64,000 nucleotides of DNA from Amoebidium appalachense. Lineage: Eukaryota > Protista > Ichthyosporea. Shown piece after piece: positions 47,550 to 62,431 of the stretch. The notes beneath the pieces were generated by a model. The model was not told the DNA's origin. It did no database searches and was given only the letters and a program-made list of their open reading frames with translations. How positions within the stretch are numbered: the first letter of the stretch is position 1; each line of letters starts with the position of its first letter. Both the position numbers and the translations under genes were made by a program. Where the stretch lies: the NCBI GenBank assembly GCA_963693365.1, contig CAVNZM010000008.1, forward strand, positions 1,364,001 to 1,428,000, in the 5' to 3' direction.

Positions 47550-49166
47550 GGAGAGGGAGGGAGGGAGGGAGAGAGAAAGAGAGAGAGAGAAACGGAGAGA
47601 GAGGGGGGGGGAGGCAAGGGGAAAGGGGGGGGTGGGGAGGGAGAGGAAGAAAGAGAGGGAGGGAAAAAGGGAGGGAGGGAGGAAGGGAGGAAGGGAGGGA
47701 GAGAAAGGGAGGGAGAAAGGGGGAGAAAGAGACGGGGGAGAGAGGAAGGGGGGGGGGGGGGGGGGGGGGGATGAGAGAGAGGGAGAGAGGAGAGAGAGGG
47801 AGGGAGAAAGGGGAGAAAGAGAGAAAAGGGAGAGAGGGAGAGAGGAAGGAGCGGGGAAGAAAAAGAGGAGAGGGAGGGCGAGAGGAGGGGGGGGGGGGGG
47901 GGGAGGGAGGAGAGAGAAGGAGAGGAGGGGGGGGGGGGAGGGGGAGAGGAGAGAGAGGGAGAGAGGAAGGGGGAGAGAGAGAGGGAGAGAGAGGGAGGAA
48001 GGGAGAGAGAGAGAGTAGCTGATAGTCTGCGTGCAGCGCATCCACGTTCTCCCCTTCCTCTCATCCTTGTCCATCACCTTCTGTTGTAGGCAAGCAAAGG
48101 AGAGGTGGGGTGCAAGCGCAGAGAGCCGTGCAAACGGTAGCAAAGCAGATGGAACGGTGTGCCGGTGCAAGGAGGCAGACGAACGAAGATAGCAGAAGGG
48201 TCTCAGACTACAAAGCTTATCACACGTGCCACGTACCGTTCTGTGGGTCCCCCGTAGGTCCACGTGTGTGTGTGCCACTGCCGCTTCCAACGACACCTTC
48301 CCCTTCCTTCGTATGCTCTCTGCCCTCCCCACCTGCTCACCCCCCAGCTCCCCACTGCCTTCTCCCTCGCTTTCTATCACCAACGAATCCGACGGCGCAG
48401 GTGAAGCTCCAAAACTGCCCTTGTCTAGTGGACTAGTTGCACGTTCTCTCAAAGCCCCCAACTCCACCGATTTCGAACTTCCGCGAGATGATTTCCTATC
48501 TAAAGCAGAAAGAAATTTTGCCTTTTCAAGCTCACTCGAATTCTTAACCGTTTTTTGTGGATCTTGAAGCGAATTTTGGGACGCTAACCGAGCCGCCGCT
48601 GCCGGAGCACTCAAAGTTCTAAACCACTGCTTATCACTCCTTCCCCCTTCGTTATAAACATTCGAACCCTCCGTTGGGGAACTTTGAAGCGCACCGGGAG
48701 CCCGAGGTGTACCCACAGCAGGAGATGTTAATCTGAAATCAAGCGATGTTTGTGAAGTTGCTGGTGATCTCTCGGGCGCCGAGTTTCTGGACAATAGCTG
48801 CTCTCTCTTTGCGTTTGCAAAAGATTCAAAGTTTGTCGGATCAGGCCAGTCCGGTTCGAATGCCTTGTTGGCATCACGCAGTGCACGCACTTGGGCGGCA
48901 GAGAGAAATACTTCGCTTTCATCATTTTCAAGTGTGGTAGATGGTGTGTCGCGTATGGTAATGGGGGGAGCAGCGAGACTCTTTGTGCTTGGCTTCCGCA
49001 GGAAGTCACGGCTACGCAGTTTGCCGTCCGGCCCGACGTTCATTCTCGCTGTTTGCGATGTAGGCACAGTGTTAAACACATACTGAAGCAAAGATGTGAT
49101 TGTTTCTACCCACACAGCATCTTCGATGCTTGCTAGTAAATTTGTAGCTACAGGCACACTCACAGC
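43219..49166 (-). CDS. Hypothetical, largely disordered protein. Exons ~49166-48237, 46136-46029, 44998-44850, 44251-43219; 5' end unresolved
   Basis: Two long non-repetitive ORFs joined in frame through small GT-AG exons (DSPKRP...VMRQ; VKDGLNQF...RDKIV; GRREEDMLEGYLLLQTLEARYEQHERAMKALMLRRY). Ser/Pro/Arg-rich, no domain recognised. Possible extra exons near 48082 and 49260-49420. Confidence 0.65.
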
Positions 49167-49564
49167 CTAACAGATTTGCAGCGGCCACAAGTTGCTACGG
49201 AAAAGGAACAGAGCTCTTTCTACTTTCGCTAGATCCCCTCGTAAACACTAACTGCATATGCGCACGTTCTGTCTCCAGCTTAGTAAACAAAAGTTTGTTG
49301 GCGTCGTGAACGAGTGCAGCTTCAAGGAGAATTGAGGTCCTCGTGTAGCCTAAAACGTCATGATCACAAAAAAGGCATTTCAATCGCAATCGCAACTTCG
49401 ATCGGAAATTTGAATCGATCTGCGGACAGTGTGTGCAGGCCGGACTCGATAGAATGCTCCGATTTTAGACACCAAACTGCTTTTCGATTGCTTTATGGCC
49501 GGTCTGATGATGAGAGGCAGCACCCGGCTGCCGTCCCCGCAAGCACCCACTGAGCCGCAAATAA

Positions 49565-51368
49565 GCCCCATATCATCCTTTCGCCCCATTACACTAACCC
49601 AGGTTGTTCGTAGATTCTTTGAAGCTTGCTTACTTAGGTTATTTGCACATCACCCTAGGTTTCAATCTATTCTTCACATACACCCATGCCAATCCGCTTT
49701 TCGTAAAAACAATTCATGTTATGTTCAAATAATGGCACTGCACGATTCTATGCAAGTTGGTGCACGATATGTTGGCTTTATTGATTGGAAAACTGCTTAC
49801 GATTCTGTCTCCCCTGGTCTCCTATGGGAAAAGCTTGCTGCACGGGGTGTACCACACTGCATTGGTGTTCTGTTAGAAGCACTCTTGTCTCAAACCTATG
49901 GTAGAGCTGTGGTTAATGGGCATCTTTCATATGGTTTTGCTCGTACTAGAGGTCTCTTGCAGGGTTCATTGCTTAGCCCCTTTTTGTTTAACCTATTTAT
50001 AGATGATTTGGCTGTCAAGATTTACGCCGAAAACGATGACCCTATTAATAACTTTCCGCCTGCACTTCTCTATGCTGATGATCTGTCCCTCCTTGCCCGT
50101 ACCCCTAGACGCCTGCAAAGATTGTTCGATGTAGTGTCAGAGTGGTGCAAGGCAAACCTTATGATCCTTAACATAGACAAATGTGGTGTTCTTGTACCTG
50201 ATATAGCTAACAATTTACACACATTTACATTATCATCTAACTGATGCTAAACCTGTACCTATAGTTCCAGAATACAAATATCTTGGTGTTCCGGTTGATT
50301 CTGTTGGTGTTATGTTTCCCCATATGGTCGAAAAGAGGGTAGAGTTGGCTCGTAAGCGATTAGCTTTCTTCTCGGCTATTATTTTTAAAGACACACCCCT
50401 CCATCCTTCTATTAGACTTACATTTATTCGCACTTTTGTCTTCCCGGCATGTGAATATGGTTTACCCCTTCTCGCCGCTTGGATCAAGAAAGAGAGAACT
50501 AGAGCGCTTAAACCCTTGGCAAATTTCCTTGAAGCAGAAGTTGCCTCCTTTCTATCTAACAACTGTTGTAAACCTGGGCCTGTAACGCTCTCGATATATG
50601 GTCTGGTCCCAATAGCTGCTAGAGTATCCTATCTCGCGCTGAAATTCAATAAGCACATAAGCCGCTTAAAGAAGTATTTGCCCTCCCACCCTCTCTTCTC
50701 TATCCGACCTGTCCCCTCCTCACCTCTCCCCTCTTTCCTCCCCTCTCTCTCCCCTTCTCCCCTGGGCACAAATACAAATAAACCCCGCAATAGTGTGTGT
50801 GTGACTTTGGACTGCCACTTACTTATTAAACATGTACACAATCACAAGATAATCACGCAATATAACAAATGGAAAAAGATACCACACGACACTAGACCCG
50901 ATGAAAGCATACACCTTGAAAAACTAAGCCTTATGTCTCGTTTTATATATACTGACCGCCCCAACCATATTGCCAAATATGGCACTCGCAAATGTATAAC
51001 ACCTAAATACATATTACCTTCCTGTAGAACTGGTCTTTCTCTAGCTGATGGTATTATTGATCAATTACCACGCTTTTACTGTACACGTGCTATACAGTGG
51101 AGATCTATTAAGTATAAGGTGGCATCATTTGCCTGCCCAAACAACACACACACACACCAGTTTAACCGGTCATGTATCGCCAAATGTAGTTTGATAGACC
51201 ACATAATACCGCAACACACACACGTCACATTCACAACAGACACCCAGAAAGATAGCCTACCTGTAAATTACAACATCCTTGATTTTATACTAAACACGCG
51301 TAACTACGACCTGCTTATTAGATGTATTGATTGGCTTGAGAAACACATCACTACAAAATTATAGCGCA

Positions 51369-51427
<59 letters not shown>
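49565..51427 (+). mobile_element. 5'-truncated non-LTR retrotransposon (LINE) with frameshifted reverse transcriptase and (CA)n tail
   Basis: RT motifs FRPITL, QSAFRK, FIDWKTAYDSV, RGLLQGSLLSPFLFNLFIDDL, LYADD, LNIDKC. A frameshift near 50240 leads into EYKYLGVP. Stop at 51364 is immediately followed by (CA)n. No clear TSD. Confidence 0.92.
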
Positions 51428-51429
<2 letters not shown>

Positions 51430-52099
51430 CCAGCTGATACCGAGTGTCCCAAGGGGAGCCCCAACTAATTGATTTCTCCTTGTAGTCTTTATGGTGTCTC
51501 GTAGAGAAAGTAAACCCTGATATATATAGTCACCACCCGGACATCTATGTACGTGATCATGATATACCGCTGAGGGGATATTCCGAGCAAAATCCCCCCC
51601 CATACCTGAGACTGGTTCTCTTTGCCTCGAGTAAACAGCGTAAACCCCCCCAAATCACATGTACTGACTCCCAGCCATGGGGCCATACACACGAGATCAA
51701 TACAGATAAGGCCATGCTCCAAATGTCATGCGATTAGACACAGAGACTTTCTCCTAGAAGCTCGAGGAGACGGTAGTACCGACCGCTTGCAAATCATGCG
51801 GGGCGGCACTGTGTGTGTGCCACGGTATGTGTGTGTGTGTGTGTGTGTGTTGGCTCCCCGGGGGGGGGGGGGGGGGAAGGAACTGTGTGGGTGCTCCGAA
51901 ACAGAAAGGGTGCCACGGTGGGGTAATTCATAGGGATCCTACATCATGGATTTGGTTGCGGTGGCGACGGCTGTGGTGGCCACAGTGGCGCCGGGACGGG
52001 GGGAGGGAGAGAACATGCATGCATTTACAGTACGTAAAGGGTTTTTTGGAATGGAGACATGGAGAGAACACGAAACGTAACAAAAATACAGAAAACCAC

Positions 52100-52136
<37 letters not shown>

Positions 52137-52517
52137 CTGGGTTCAACCCCAATGGGCCCAAATCGTGTATCGAATCCTTTAATGGGGGGATTGCCAAAGA
52201 CGTTACAATATCAGCACAATCACTGTGGGTACGTATACACCAGCAGATTACTTCATTTTTCCTACACGTTGCATCAACACATACCATAGTGGTTACAGAA
52301 AGCAGATTAGAAAAGCACCAACACAAACATGACATCCAGTAAAGCATATTTCGCCTCAATATGGAACAGTGCAGGATCCCCATGAAAGCACAGGCAAAAT
52401 CCAAATACAGAATCATATTAGGTGTTGATATGGACAAGCTTAATTGCTCGGTGTTGCATGTTGTGTCTGCACCAATCAACCATGATCGATAACGCCAGCA
52501 GATTTAAACGAGGTTTT

Positions 52518-53169
52518 CTATTGGGCGATGGACTTGAGGTATGCCTCATGCAACTTCTCCTGCTTCTTCTGTTCGGCCTCCAACTTTTTCCTCCGCGATT
52601 TGCCGATCTCAACACCCTCTCCGTCGTGCGTGGGTAGGCCCTGTATTCCCAAAAAAGGAGGCAACCAATCAGTACACACAGTCACATCACTTTGCACGCA
52701 CAGCAAAAGGAGAGCAAAACACATTGGGTACCATACGCAGGCATTGTGGCCATAAATCAACAGCACATCTGAAGGGTGTGTGTTATGCAGTGTATGGCGG
52801 TGCTGGGGAAATAATAATAATATAAAGCAGCCAGGGAAGCAACATGGTGAAAGCATGGGAGGTGGCAGGCAAATGCACATGCAGCACATGTGCACACACC
52901 TTATCATCGTAGGCACTGAACAGCTGCTTGCCACTCTCATCGACCTGCCCTCTGAACATATCACTGGGGGCCACCTTGCCCTTCTCAAGCTTCTCCTTCT
53001 CTGCAGCCTCCTGTAAAACACATAAAGGTCACTTGCTGCATCCTTCACTGTGACACTAAGGGGGTGTGGCATCAAGTAGTCGGTGGGTGGGGAGGGTGGG
53101 GTAGGAGGTTGTAGGGGGAATGGGGGTAGAGGAGGGGTTGAAGGGTGGCATGGAGGTTTTTTTTTTTTT

Positions 53170-53227
<58 letters not shown>

Positions 53228-53596
53228 ACAAGACAACTTGCTCCTCGACCGAAATGAATTAGTCAGACCAGCCATCTAAATGCCATGGGCTGCCAAATAT
53301 AGCCATGGATGTGCACCAACAATGCGCTGGGCTGCTAAATATAGACATGCATGTGCACCAACAATGCACTGGGCTGCTAAATATAGACATGGATGTGCAC
53401 CAACAATGCACTGGGCTGCTAAATATACACATGCATGTGCACCAACCTTCTTCTTACGGGCCTCCTCCTTGGCCCTCTCCTTTGCTTCCTGCGCCTGTGC
53501 ACACAAAGGTATTTCAGTCAGACTCGGCCACTCAACCCCTCTCTCTCCCCCCACTACCCCCTCCCTACTCTCCCTCTCCTACATCCAAACACGCAC

Positions 53597-53633
<37 letters not shown>

Positions 53634-54193
53634 ACCACCACCACCACCACACACACACATACACCCATATCCACACCCACACCCACACCCACACACACCC
53701 GCATGCACCCACAACTCTCACCGACCCCATACTGTATCACATTTCACACCCTTCTTCCCTTCTAGCGTTCCTTTCCTCGTTGCCGGGTGTGTAGGGGGAA
53801 AGCGGGAAGTTTCTTCGTTACATAACAAGAAGTGCACATTGAGGATCAGCACAATGCAAAACCTTGCTAAGCATACACAAAGAGTGTGGGAACGAGGCGT
53901 GCGTGCGTGGGGTTCTGATGTAGCACAGGTGCGATGTCTGATACATGGAATACGGGCACGTGTCCAGCCACAAATGAAGCACACATTTTTGAACGTTAGC
54001 TGCGGCACGTGCCCCCGAAGGAATCTAACCGCCTGCCAGGCAAACACCATCACGTAAGCACCCCTACGTGTGTGAACGTGCATGTAATCCTTAGCAGACT
54101 TATGCACCCATGTGTACAAGTGCAAAAATGTGTCCGTGCGTGTGCATGTGGGTGCGGGTATGCGAAGGTAGCGTGTATGCACACGTACACGCA

Positions 54194-54248
<55 letters not shown>

Positions 54249-54364
54249 GTGTGTGTGTGCACGTGTGTGTGTCTGTGCACGTGTGTGTGCACGTGAATGT
54301 CCGTAACCATACATGCACGTGCTTGTGTGTGAGTGTGTGCACGTGCTTGTGTATAAGCACGTGC

Positions 54365-54450
<86 letters not shown>

Positions 54451-55005
54451 CCCCACCTCCAGTGCCTGCTGCCTCTCCTTCATCAGCTGGTCCTTATCCA
54501 CCAACTTGACCACCGCCTTCTCACCCGGGGCACGGTCCTCCAGGCGCACACCCAGGGGGGGCAGGACATCATCACGGATCTTACCGCACAGATCGAGAAT
54601 TTCCGTGTCTGGTTTAGGTTGGTGGCGTGAGATTAAAATGGATGGTACTAGGATGGAACGGGCCCCAGTTCTATGCGGCGGCAATCACGTACAATGGGTC
54701 AACTAGGAAGATTATGTATACACACCATCGTAGTGTTATGTATGTGACAGGATATCACGGGAGATGAGATATTTCATGAACAGAACGGAGCCCACCGAGA
54801 CCTGAAAGAAATACCAAACGAAACTTTTCTGAGGCAAAAGGGATGCACCATGAATGTGTGTGTGTGTGTGTGCTGGGACGAACGTATGTGGAAAGAAGAG
54901 GAGAATGATGCACGCTTGGCAAGGGGGGCGACGTGGGGAGAAAGGGGCAGGGTAGCATTTGCCATAGAACAAAGTTTCGACAATACAGAACAAAAAAAAA
55001 AAAAG

Positions 55006-55037
<32 letters not shown>

Positions 55038-55977
55038 TGACTTAACCCACACGCAAAAATACACACATGACCTATACCTCTTTCTTGCACAGCAAATCAT
55101 CTTCTGAAAAGGTTTGTCATTCCATCAGCATCCAAAATTCAATCCATGGTTTCTCGAGGGATGTTGGTGGTGGTGATGGGGGGGGGGGGAGAGGCGTGAG
55201 GGGGGGGGGGGGGGGGGGGGGGGAGTTACAATGTAGTACAGAGGAAGGGGGGGGGGGGGAGGGGGTTTGAATGCGGAACACAGTACGAAGTACGCATACA
55301 CGATGAGAAGCATGGTGCAGGACACATGCAAAGGCAAACATTCAAGTATGCAGCATCAGCCATGCGCACAGTATGCGTCATAAGCAGAGCCCATCCTCGG
55401 GGGGAAGGGGGGTGAGGGGGGGTAATACCCTTGGGGTTGCGGTCCAGACCGATGTTTCTGACGGTGTCGCGGAAATCGGCCAGAGCAGTGACGTAGGGAA
55501 GTACAACCTCCTCAACCTGTGTTGTGTGTGTGTGTGGGGGGGGGGGGGGGGGGGGGGGTGGCGGGAGGGGGGGGAAGAGGGGGGGGGGGGGGGGGGGGGG
55601 GAGGGGGTTTTTCGAACGCGCGCGTGTGCGCATGTTCGTGTGTGCGCATGTATTTGTGTGAAATCGTAGAGCACGACAAAACCATAAACTCATTAACACC
55701 AAAAAGAGCCCGTACACACAGATGTCGTTACAAGACAACAGATTTTTTCTCTTCCAACTCTCCCGCATAGGTGTTAGCCCATTCTTTGTTCCATCGGCAT
55801 TAAGCAAGCTAACCTGCCAAGCATGTGAAGGGTTGCTCAAGAGCAGCACCCCAAAAAAACGTACCACACAGATGGGAAGGGTGAGGGAGGGGATTGGTGT
55901 GGTGGGCTTTTTCTTTTCTTTTTTTTCTTTTCTTCTTTTTCTTTCTTTTCTCCTTCTTCTTCTTCTTTTTTTTTTTT

Positions 55978-56025
<48 letters not shown>

Positions 56026-56250
56026 GAATGTTACATTTTGGACGGAGCCGTCACCCAGGGGGAAGCCGTAAGTTTGGCCCTTTGGAATGGCTCCAAAGAC
56101 CTGCACAGGAACATATGTGGTGTGAGAAAGAAAGAAAAAAGAAAAAAAAAGTAGAGTGGGTAGTAACGTGGTGTCAGCGATGCAGATGGGTTGCTCCCAG
56201 CCACAGAGTCCCCATGCATGTCAGTGTTCGAGGGTTGGGGTAGGAAAAAA

Positions 56251-56319
<69 letters not shown>

Positions 56320-56830
56320 AGGGAAGAAAGTGGAGAACGGAGAAGAGAGAGGGAGATCTCTCAACTTTTGACTTTACTTTTAGTTTTTTTTTGGAGGCGG
56401 GGAGGGGTTAGCACTTTGCACCCAAGGGGATCAGTGTATGTTGTGTGTGTATGTGTGTGTGTACGAGAACGGGGGTGTTGCCCGAGAAGGGGGGTCCAAG
56501 TCATCCACAACATCCCAATATCAACCCATTGAGGGGGGTTCGATTTACTTACAGTGAGAATGCGTGTGATGTACTCAGCAGCCTTAACAAGCAGTGCCAC
56601 ACTGGGGTTCCTTTTGGGGTCTGCAAGGTATTGGTTGCAGTCCCCAACTAGGTCTTTAAGCACACGCATGGCTGTGGCTGTGTCGATGCTGTCACACAGA
56701 GCTTCATGCACCTTGTTCTGTGCTTCCATGATCCTGGGGGGGGGAGGAGGGGGGGGGGGGGGGGGGGGGGGGGGAGGGGGGAGGGGGGGAGGGAATGAAG
56801 GGAAGGTTAGATTGCGTTAGATAGCACACA

Positions 56831-56901
<71 letters not shown>

Positions 56902-57156
56902 CTTGTGTATCTTAATATATATGACGGAAAACACACACACAAAAAAAATACCGCGCACACATGAGAGAGAGAGAGGGTGTGTTTATGTGGGTGTGTGTGT
57001 GTTTGGGGGGGGGGGGAGGGCAGGATCGTAAGACACGAGACGGATGCAATAAGAAAAGGGTACTTCTTTAGGGGGTGGAAGGAGAGGAGCAATCAGACAC
57101 ACATACCACAACCACATGCAGGACTACGGAAACAAAGGAATACGGGAGAAGGGGAA

Positions 57157-57200
<44 letters not shown>

Positions 57201-57376
57201 TAATTGTGAACAGATGGAAAAAGTGAAAAACACCAAATGAGCGTAGGAATTTGCCCAATGTAACCATAATTCAACCACACACGTGTAGACACGTGCACAC
57301 ATGGACACACACAACAAACAGACAAAAGTAGAACCACAGGCGAGCACGCACGCACACACGGACGCGCTAGCGCGCG

Positions 57377-57460
<84 letters not shown>

Positions 57461-59604
57461 GCCCACCCACGCCCACCCACACCTACACATAAACATACAC
57501 ACACACACCCACACCTACCCACATCCACCCACCCACCCACCCACCCACACCGACCCACCCACACACACACACACTTTTGTGCCAGGGTCTTCTCAGCAGG
57601 GCCAAACTTTCTCTCCTCCAGGTGCTCACGTGCAAGCGCCTTGACATTAAGGAAAAATTCCTGCAACCAGAAAAAAAGCGCACGTGTTAGTGCATGCTAT
57701 AAAATCAGTAGGGTTACTGAATGTGCATATTCTCTATTTCGCAAATAGGCATAACATGGGACCACACTTGTGTACTTAATGCACACCGGCGGTTGTTGGG
57801 AGTTCAAATGCGCGTAAATGGACGACGTTGGGGATTGTGTGCATGTGCCCCGTCGCACACTCTTCCTCAGCCCTTTGTGTTTACTTCTCTCTCCCTGCCT
57901 GTGTGTGTGCTCTCAACCTCTCTGCCTGTGTGTCCGTCTGTGTATGCCTCCATTTCTCCATGTGTGTGTCTTGCTGTGGGCATGAGTGTCCCTCTTTCTC
58001 CGGATGCTTGTCCCCGGGTACCGGTCCATGGTCCATGCATAGGTGTCTGTGTGGATGTGCACGTGGGTGTGTGTGTGTGTGCATGCCCTCTGTCCCTGCC
58101 GGGGGGTTATGGTTTTAAGCGCTGGTAACGGGCAATCAAGGAGGAAGGCGAGGAGGGGGAGAGGGAGCCGGGATGAGGGAGGGAGCTAGCAAGAAGGGAG
58201 GGGGATGGAGTGATGGGGCCAGGGGTATGGGCTACGTTGAACAGGCGCTCAGCATGCATGGCCGTGGCCATTGTGTTCTCACTGTAGTCCAGGGTGCTGT
58301 TCCACGCATGCATCAGGAACATGAACCGTAGCTGTCGGGCACTGTGCCGCCCTAGCGCCTCCTGTTATGCCATGCATGGTTAGAATAGAAGTTCTCTGCT
58401 TTTCTTCTTTTTGTTTCCTGTTTCCTCTAATGTTCGCTTGTTTGTTTGTTTTTTGGCTAGAAGTGAAGAGAAGTGGCATGGTCAGGTGAGTAATATTAAC
58501 CAGAAGAGGGGAAAGCACAGCAGCAAGGCAAGGGGACACACCAACACACAGTAGACCGATGGTGAAAGGGAATGAGGGGGGGGAGGAGGGCGGGGGCGGG
58601 GGGGGGGGGGGGGGGGGGGGGGGGGGAGGGGAGGGGGGCAAGGGGGTTAAGAATGCTGCAGCCAGATGGAGTACATAACCACAATGGGTGAAGTAATGCA
58701 GATCAATAAAATTGGTGAACCACAGATTATGAAACACAAGCAAGGCCCATTCCCCCCCCCCCCCCCCCCCCCCTCCCCCCCCCTCCCCCCCCCCCCCCGG
58801 AAGGTGGAAAAGGGTGGGGGGAAGAGAGAGAGTCCGGCGGGGCCCGGGGGGAAGGGGGGGGGGACTTGTCCATAAAAGGGTGACAGCCACAGAAGCAAAG
58901 GCAGTGAAACACCAAAAAGATAAGACACAAATGACAAGACCCGAAAGCTCAACTCGAACAGAACCCATCATTAGGGGGTGCTATGCCTCCAACAAGGAGC
59001 ACATTTCGACTTTTTGATCTCTCGTGTGTGACTCACCATTCAGGGGGAATCAGGGACGGATAGATTATGCATGGGTGTGTGTGGTGAGGCCGAAGGAGGG
59101 AAGCAGGGGGAGGGAGGGAGGGAGGAGGAGGAGGAGGTGGAGGGGGGGGGGGGGAGGGGGGGGGGGGGGAGGGGGGGGGTTGTTACCTGGATAGTGATGA
59201 AGTTCTTGAGGGACTTAGACATCTTGCGACCCTCAATCTCAAGGTGGCCCGCATGCAGGAAGAAGGACACCCATTGGTCGTTGTCGTAGTACGCCTGCAC
59301 GTGCACACACTCAGCAATTTGATTGGTGCAACACTAGCAAGCACGTGCTTTCCTTCCCCTTCTTCCCCCCTGCCCCCCTCTCCCTCTCTACTCCCCCCTT
59401 CCTCCCCCTCCCTCTCTCTGGGGACCAGACACCAACACCAGAGAAGTAACGGGTGACCACAAGAGGGATAATATGTGGACACGATGCGGCCCAGGCAATG
59501 CACTGACAAGAAGCGACCTTGACTCGGTTTGACCAACCATATCATCCCCCCCCCTCACTCCCACCCACCACCCCCACGAAGTAGAACACGCGCATGCTCG
59601 CGCG

Positions 59605-59665
<61 letters not shown>

Positions 59666-60331
59666 ACCCACCCACCCACCCACACACACACCACATGCAC
59701 ACACACACACACGTACACACCCACCCACCCACCCACCCACCCACACACACACCACATGCACACACACACACACGTACACACCCACCCACCCACCCACCCA
59801 CCCACACACACACCACATGCACACACACACACACACACGAAAGGGGGGCCAAACCTCAGCCTGTGCGATCTCGTTGTCGTGGTGGGGGAACATCAGATCC
59901 ATACCGCCACAGTGGATGTCCAGGGATCCCTCAAGAATATCGCTGTAGGAGACAATAGTGGTTAGATGGGAGGAACACAGAAATAAACCATACACACAAA
60001 CCATCCACATAAAGAGAGAGGCCATAACATGGGAAACACACACACATATGCACAGGCATGCAGCATTCTGCACCACGCACACACTTCAAGCACACACACA
60101 CACATGCAACAAAGCACACACACCCTTACGCCCAACCCCCCCCCCTCCCCCCCCCAACCCAACCCACACACCCCCTCCCCAAACACACACACACACACAT
60201 GCAACAAAGCACATACAACCTTGCACCCAAAAGCTTCTCTCTCTCTCTCTCTCTCTCTCCCCCCCCCCCCCCCCTCCCCCCCTCTTCCCCTCCCTCCCCC
60301 CCCCCCCCCTCTCTCCCTCCCTCCCCCCCCC

Positions 60332-60362
<31 letters not shown>

Positions 60363-60728
60363 AAAGCACAGACACAAACACACACACCCGTCTCACCTGG
60401 CCATAGCCGAGCACTCAATGTGCCACCCCGGACGACCCTGCAGCCACAAACAGTCAGCCACGGGGCATTCTTTCTTGAAAATTTCTCTTTAATTTTCTTC
60501 TCCTTCTTCTGCACATCCACAACTGCACGCACATGTACCATAAAAAACACACACACCGACTATGGTTTCAACTATGCATATGTTGGTTGAAACAACGGTG
60601 AATGATCGGAATCCAAATGACATGGGGGAATACCCGACAGTGGTTTTGGTCTTAAGCCAAATTCTTAGTGCAGGTGGAGGTAGGGGATGGTGGGAACTGT
60701 GGGCTGCAGTTGGACATACATACATACA

Positions 60729-60800
<72 letters not shown>

Positions 60801-62347
60801 CACACATGCTTGCGTTTCAAAACCACATGAAGGAAGCACCTTCCCCCCCCTTTCCCCCCCACCCCCCCAAACCAAGGAAAAAAAAATCCAGGGAGGAGGG
60901 GGGTGGGGTGTGTGAGTTTTTTTTTTGGGGGGGGGGGGGAGGTGGGGGCGGGGGGGCACACACCTTGCCCCATGGGGAGTCCCAGTAGGGCTCACCGGGC
61001 TTAGACTGCTTCCACAGTGCAAAGTCCTGGGGTGCCCTCTTGCCATCACCAGACGACAGCTCACCTGAAAGGAGGTGTGGTCAGAGGTGTATGGATGTAT
61101 AGGAGCATGTGGGTGGGTGGGTCAGAGGTGTATGGATGTATAGGAGCATGTGGGTTGGTGGGCCAGAGGTGTATGGATGTATAGGAGCATGTGGGTGGGT
61201 GGGTCGGTGTGTACGTGCATGTGAAAGTTGGGTGTTCTTGGCAGATGTGGAGAGCGAGTGGGTGTCTTGTAAACATTCGAACATGCATATCCAGGAGGCG
61301 TACAATGTGGTTTTGTGGTGCATTTATTTTTACTGTCTGCGACATGTCAGCCTGTGGGTGTGCTCTGTGTGCATGTGTGTACAGTGCATGTCGTGTTGTC
61401 TGTGCCCGTGTTGGTGTGTAAGTAGAACTGAATAAGTGCGGGGACCGGCATGTGTGTGTGTGTGGCTTGTGTGCATGCTCAAATATAATTGTTGTCAGCG
61501 GGGACCTTGTCTGTGCTGAGGGCAAATAGAAGAGGTGGAGATGTGTGTGTGTGTGGTGTGTGTGTGTGCGTGTGCGTGTGCGTGTGTTGGTAGGGTCATA
61601 ATACCTTCACCCTCTGCCAGGGCAGCCAGGTTTGATACGGCCTCAGGCACCAGCTTAGCATAGTGGTGGGACTTCTTGCCGTCAAACGCTGCAACGTCAA
61701 AATACACTGACCCATTGACCTCGTAGCTGTATGGGTAAACAGGGGTAAGCAATCGGTTTGCTCTCAGGTCGTTTGTTTTTATTGGGGCACATGGTACTTA
61801 ATGCTTATGAGAAAGGGACTGGTGGTGCTTTTGGTTGTGTGTGTATGTGGAGGTGGGTAGCATAGCAACCAATATGAACGCCCAATCAGATACGTCCACA
61901 CGAAACAGACAGTTGTGTTGAGCACACACGCCACATGCCATCAAGAAAGTGTCATCAAACCTGACTTACTGCTTTCACTTCCCTGTCAACAATCATATGC
62001 TCTCTTTGTCTTCCCCCCCCCCCCCTCCCCCCCCCCCCCCCGCACCCATCTCTCTTTCCCCTATCCCCCCCCCCCTCCCCCCCTCCCTTCTCCCCACAAT
62101 GACTCCCTTCCTCCCCCCTCCGCCCACCTCTAACCTTCTGTGGGCATGTGCACATTTGCACACGCCCATACCACACAACACAACAAAATGGAAGCAATGG
62201 GTCAGCAACAGGTTGGTAGGATGATTCCAGACACACGAGGAGAACAAAGAAAAAGGACAAGTGGGCTAGGAACTTAACAGTAGGCAGGTTGACGCAAGCA
62301 GGAGGCAACAACTAATCTGGCCAATAGATTAATCTCCCACGAGAGGG

Positions 62348-62431
<84 letters not shown>

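Noticed and set aside
56035-56100. Apparent additional copy of the intronic repeat (ends GTAACATTCTCCCC)
   Set aside because: It is a CARS1 exon ([22 protein letters not shown]) plus its donor site.
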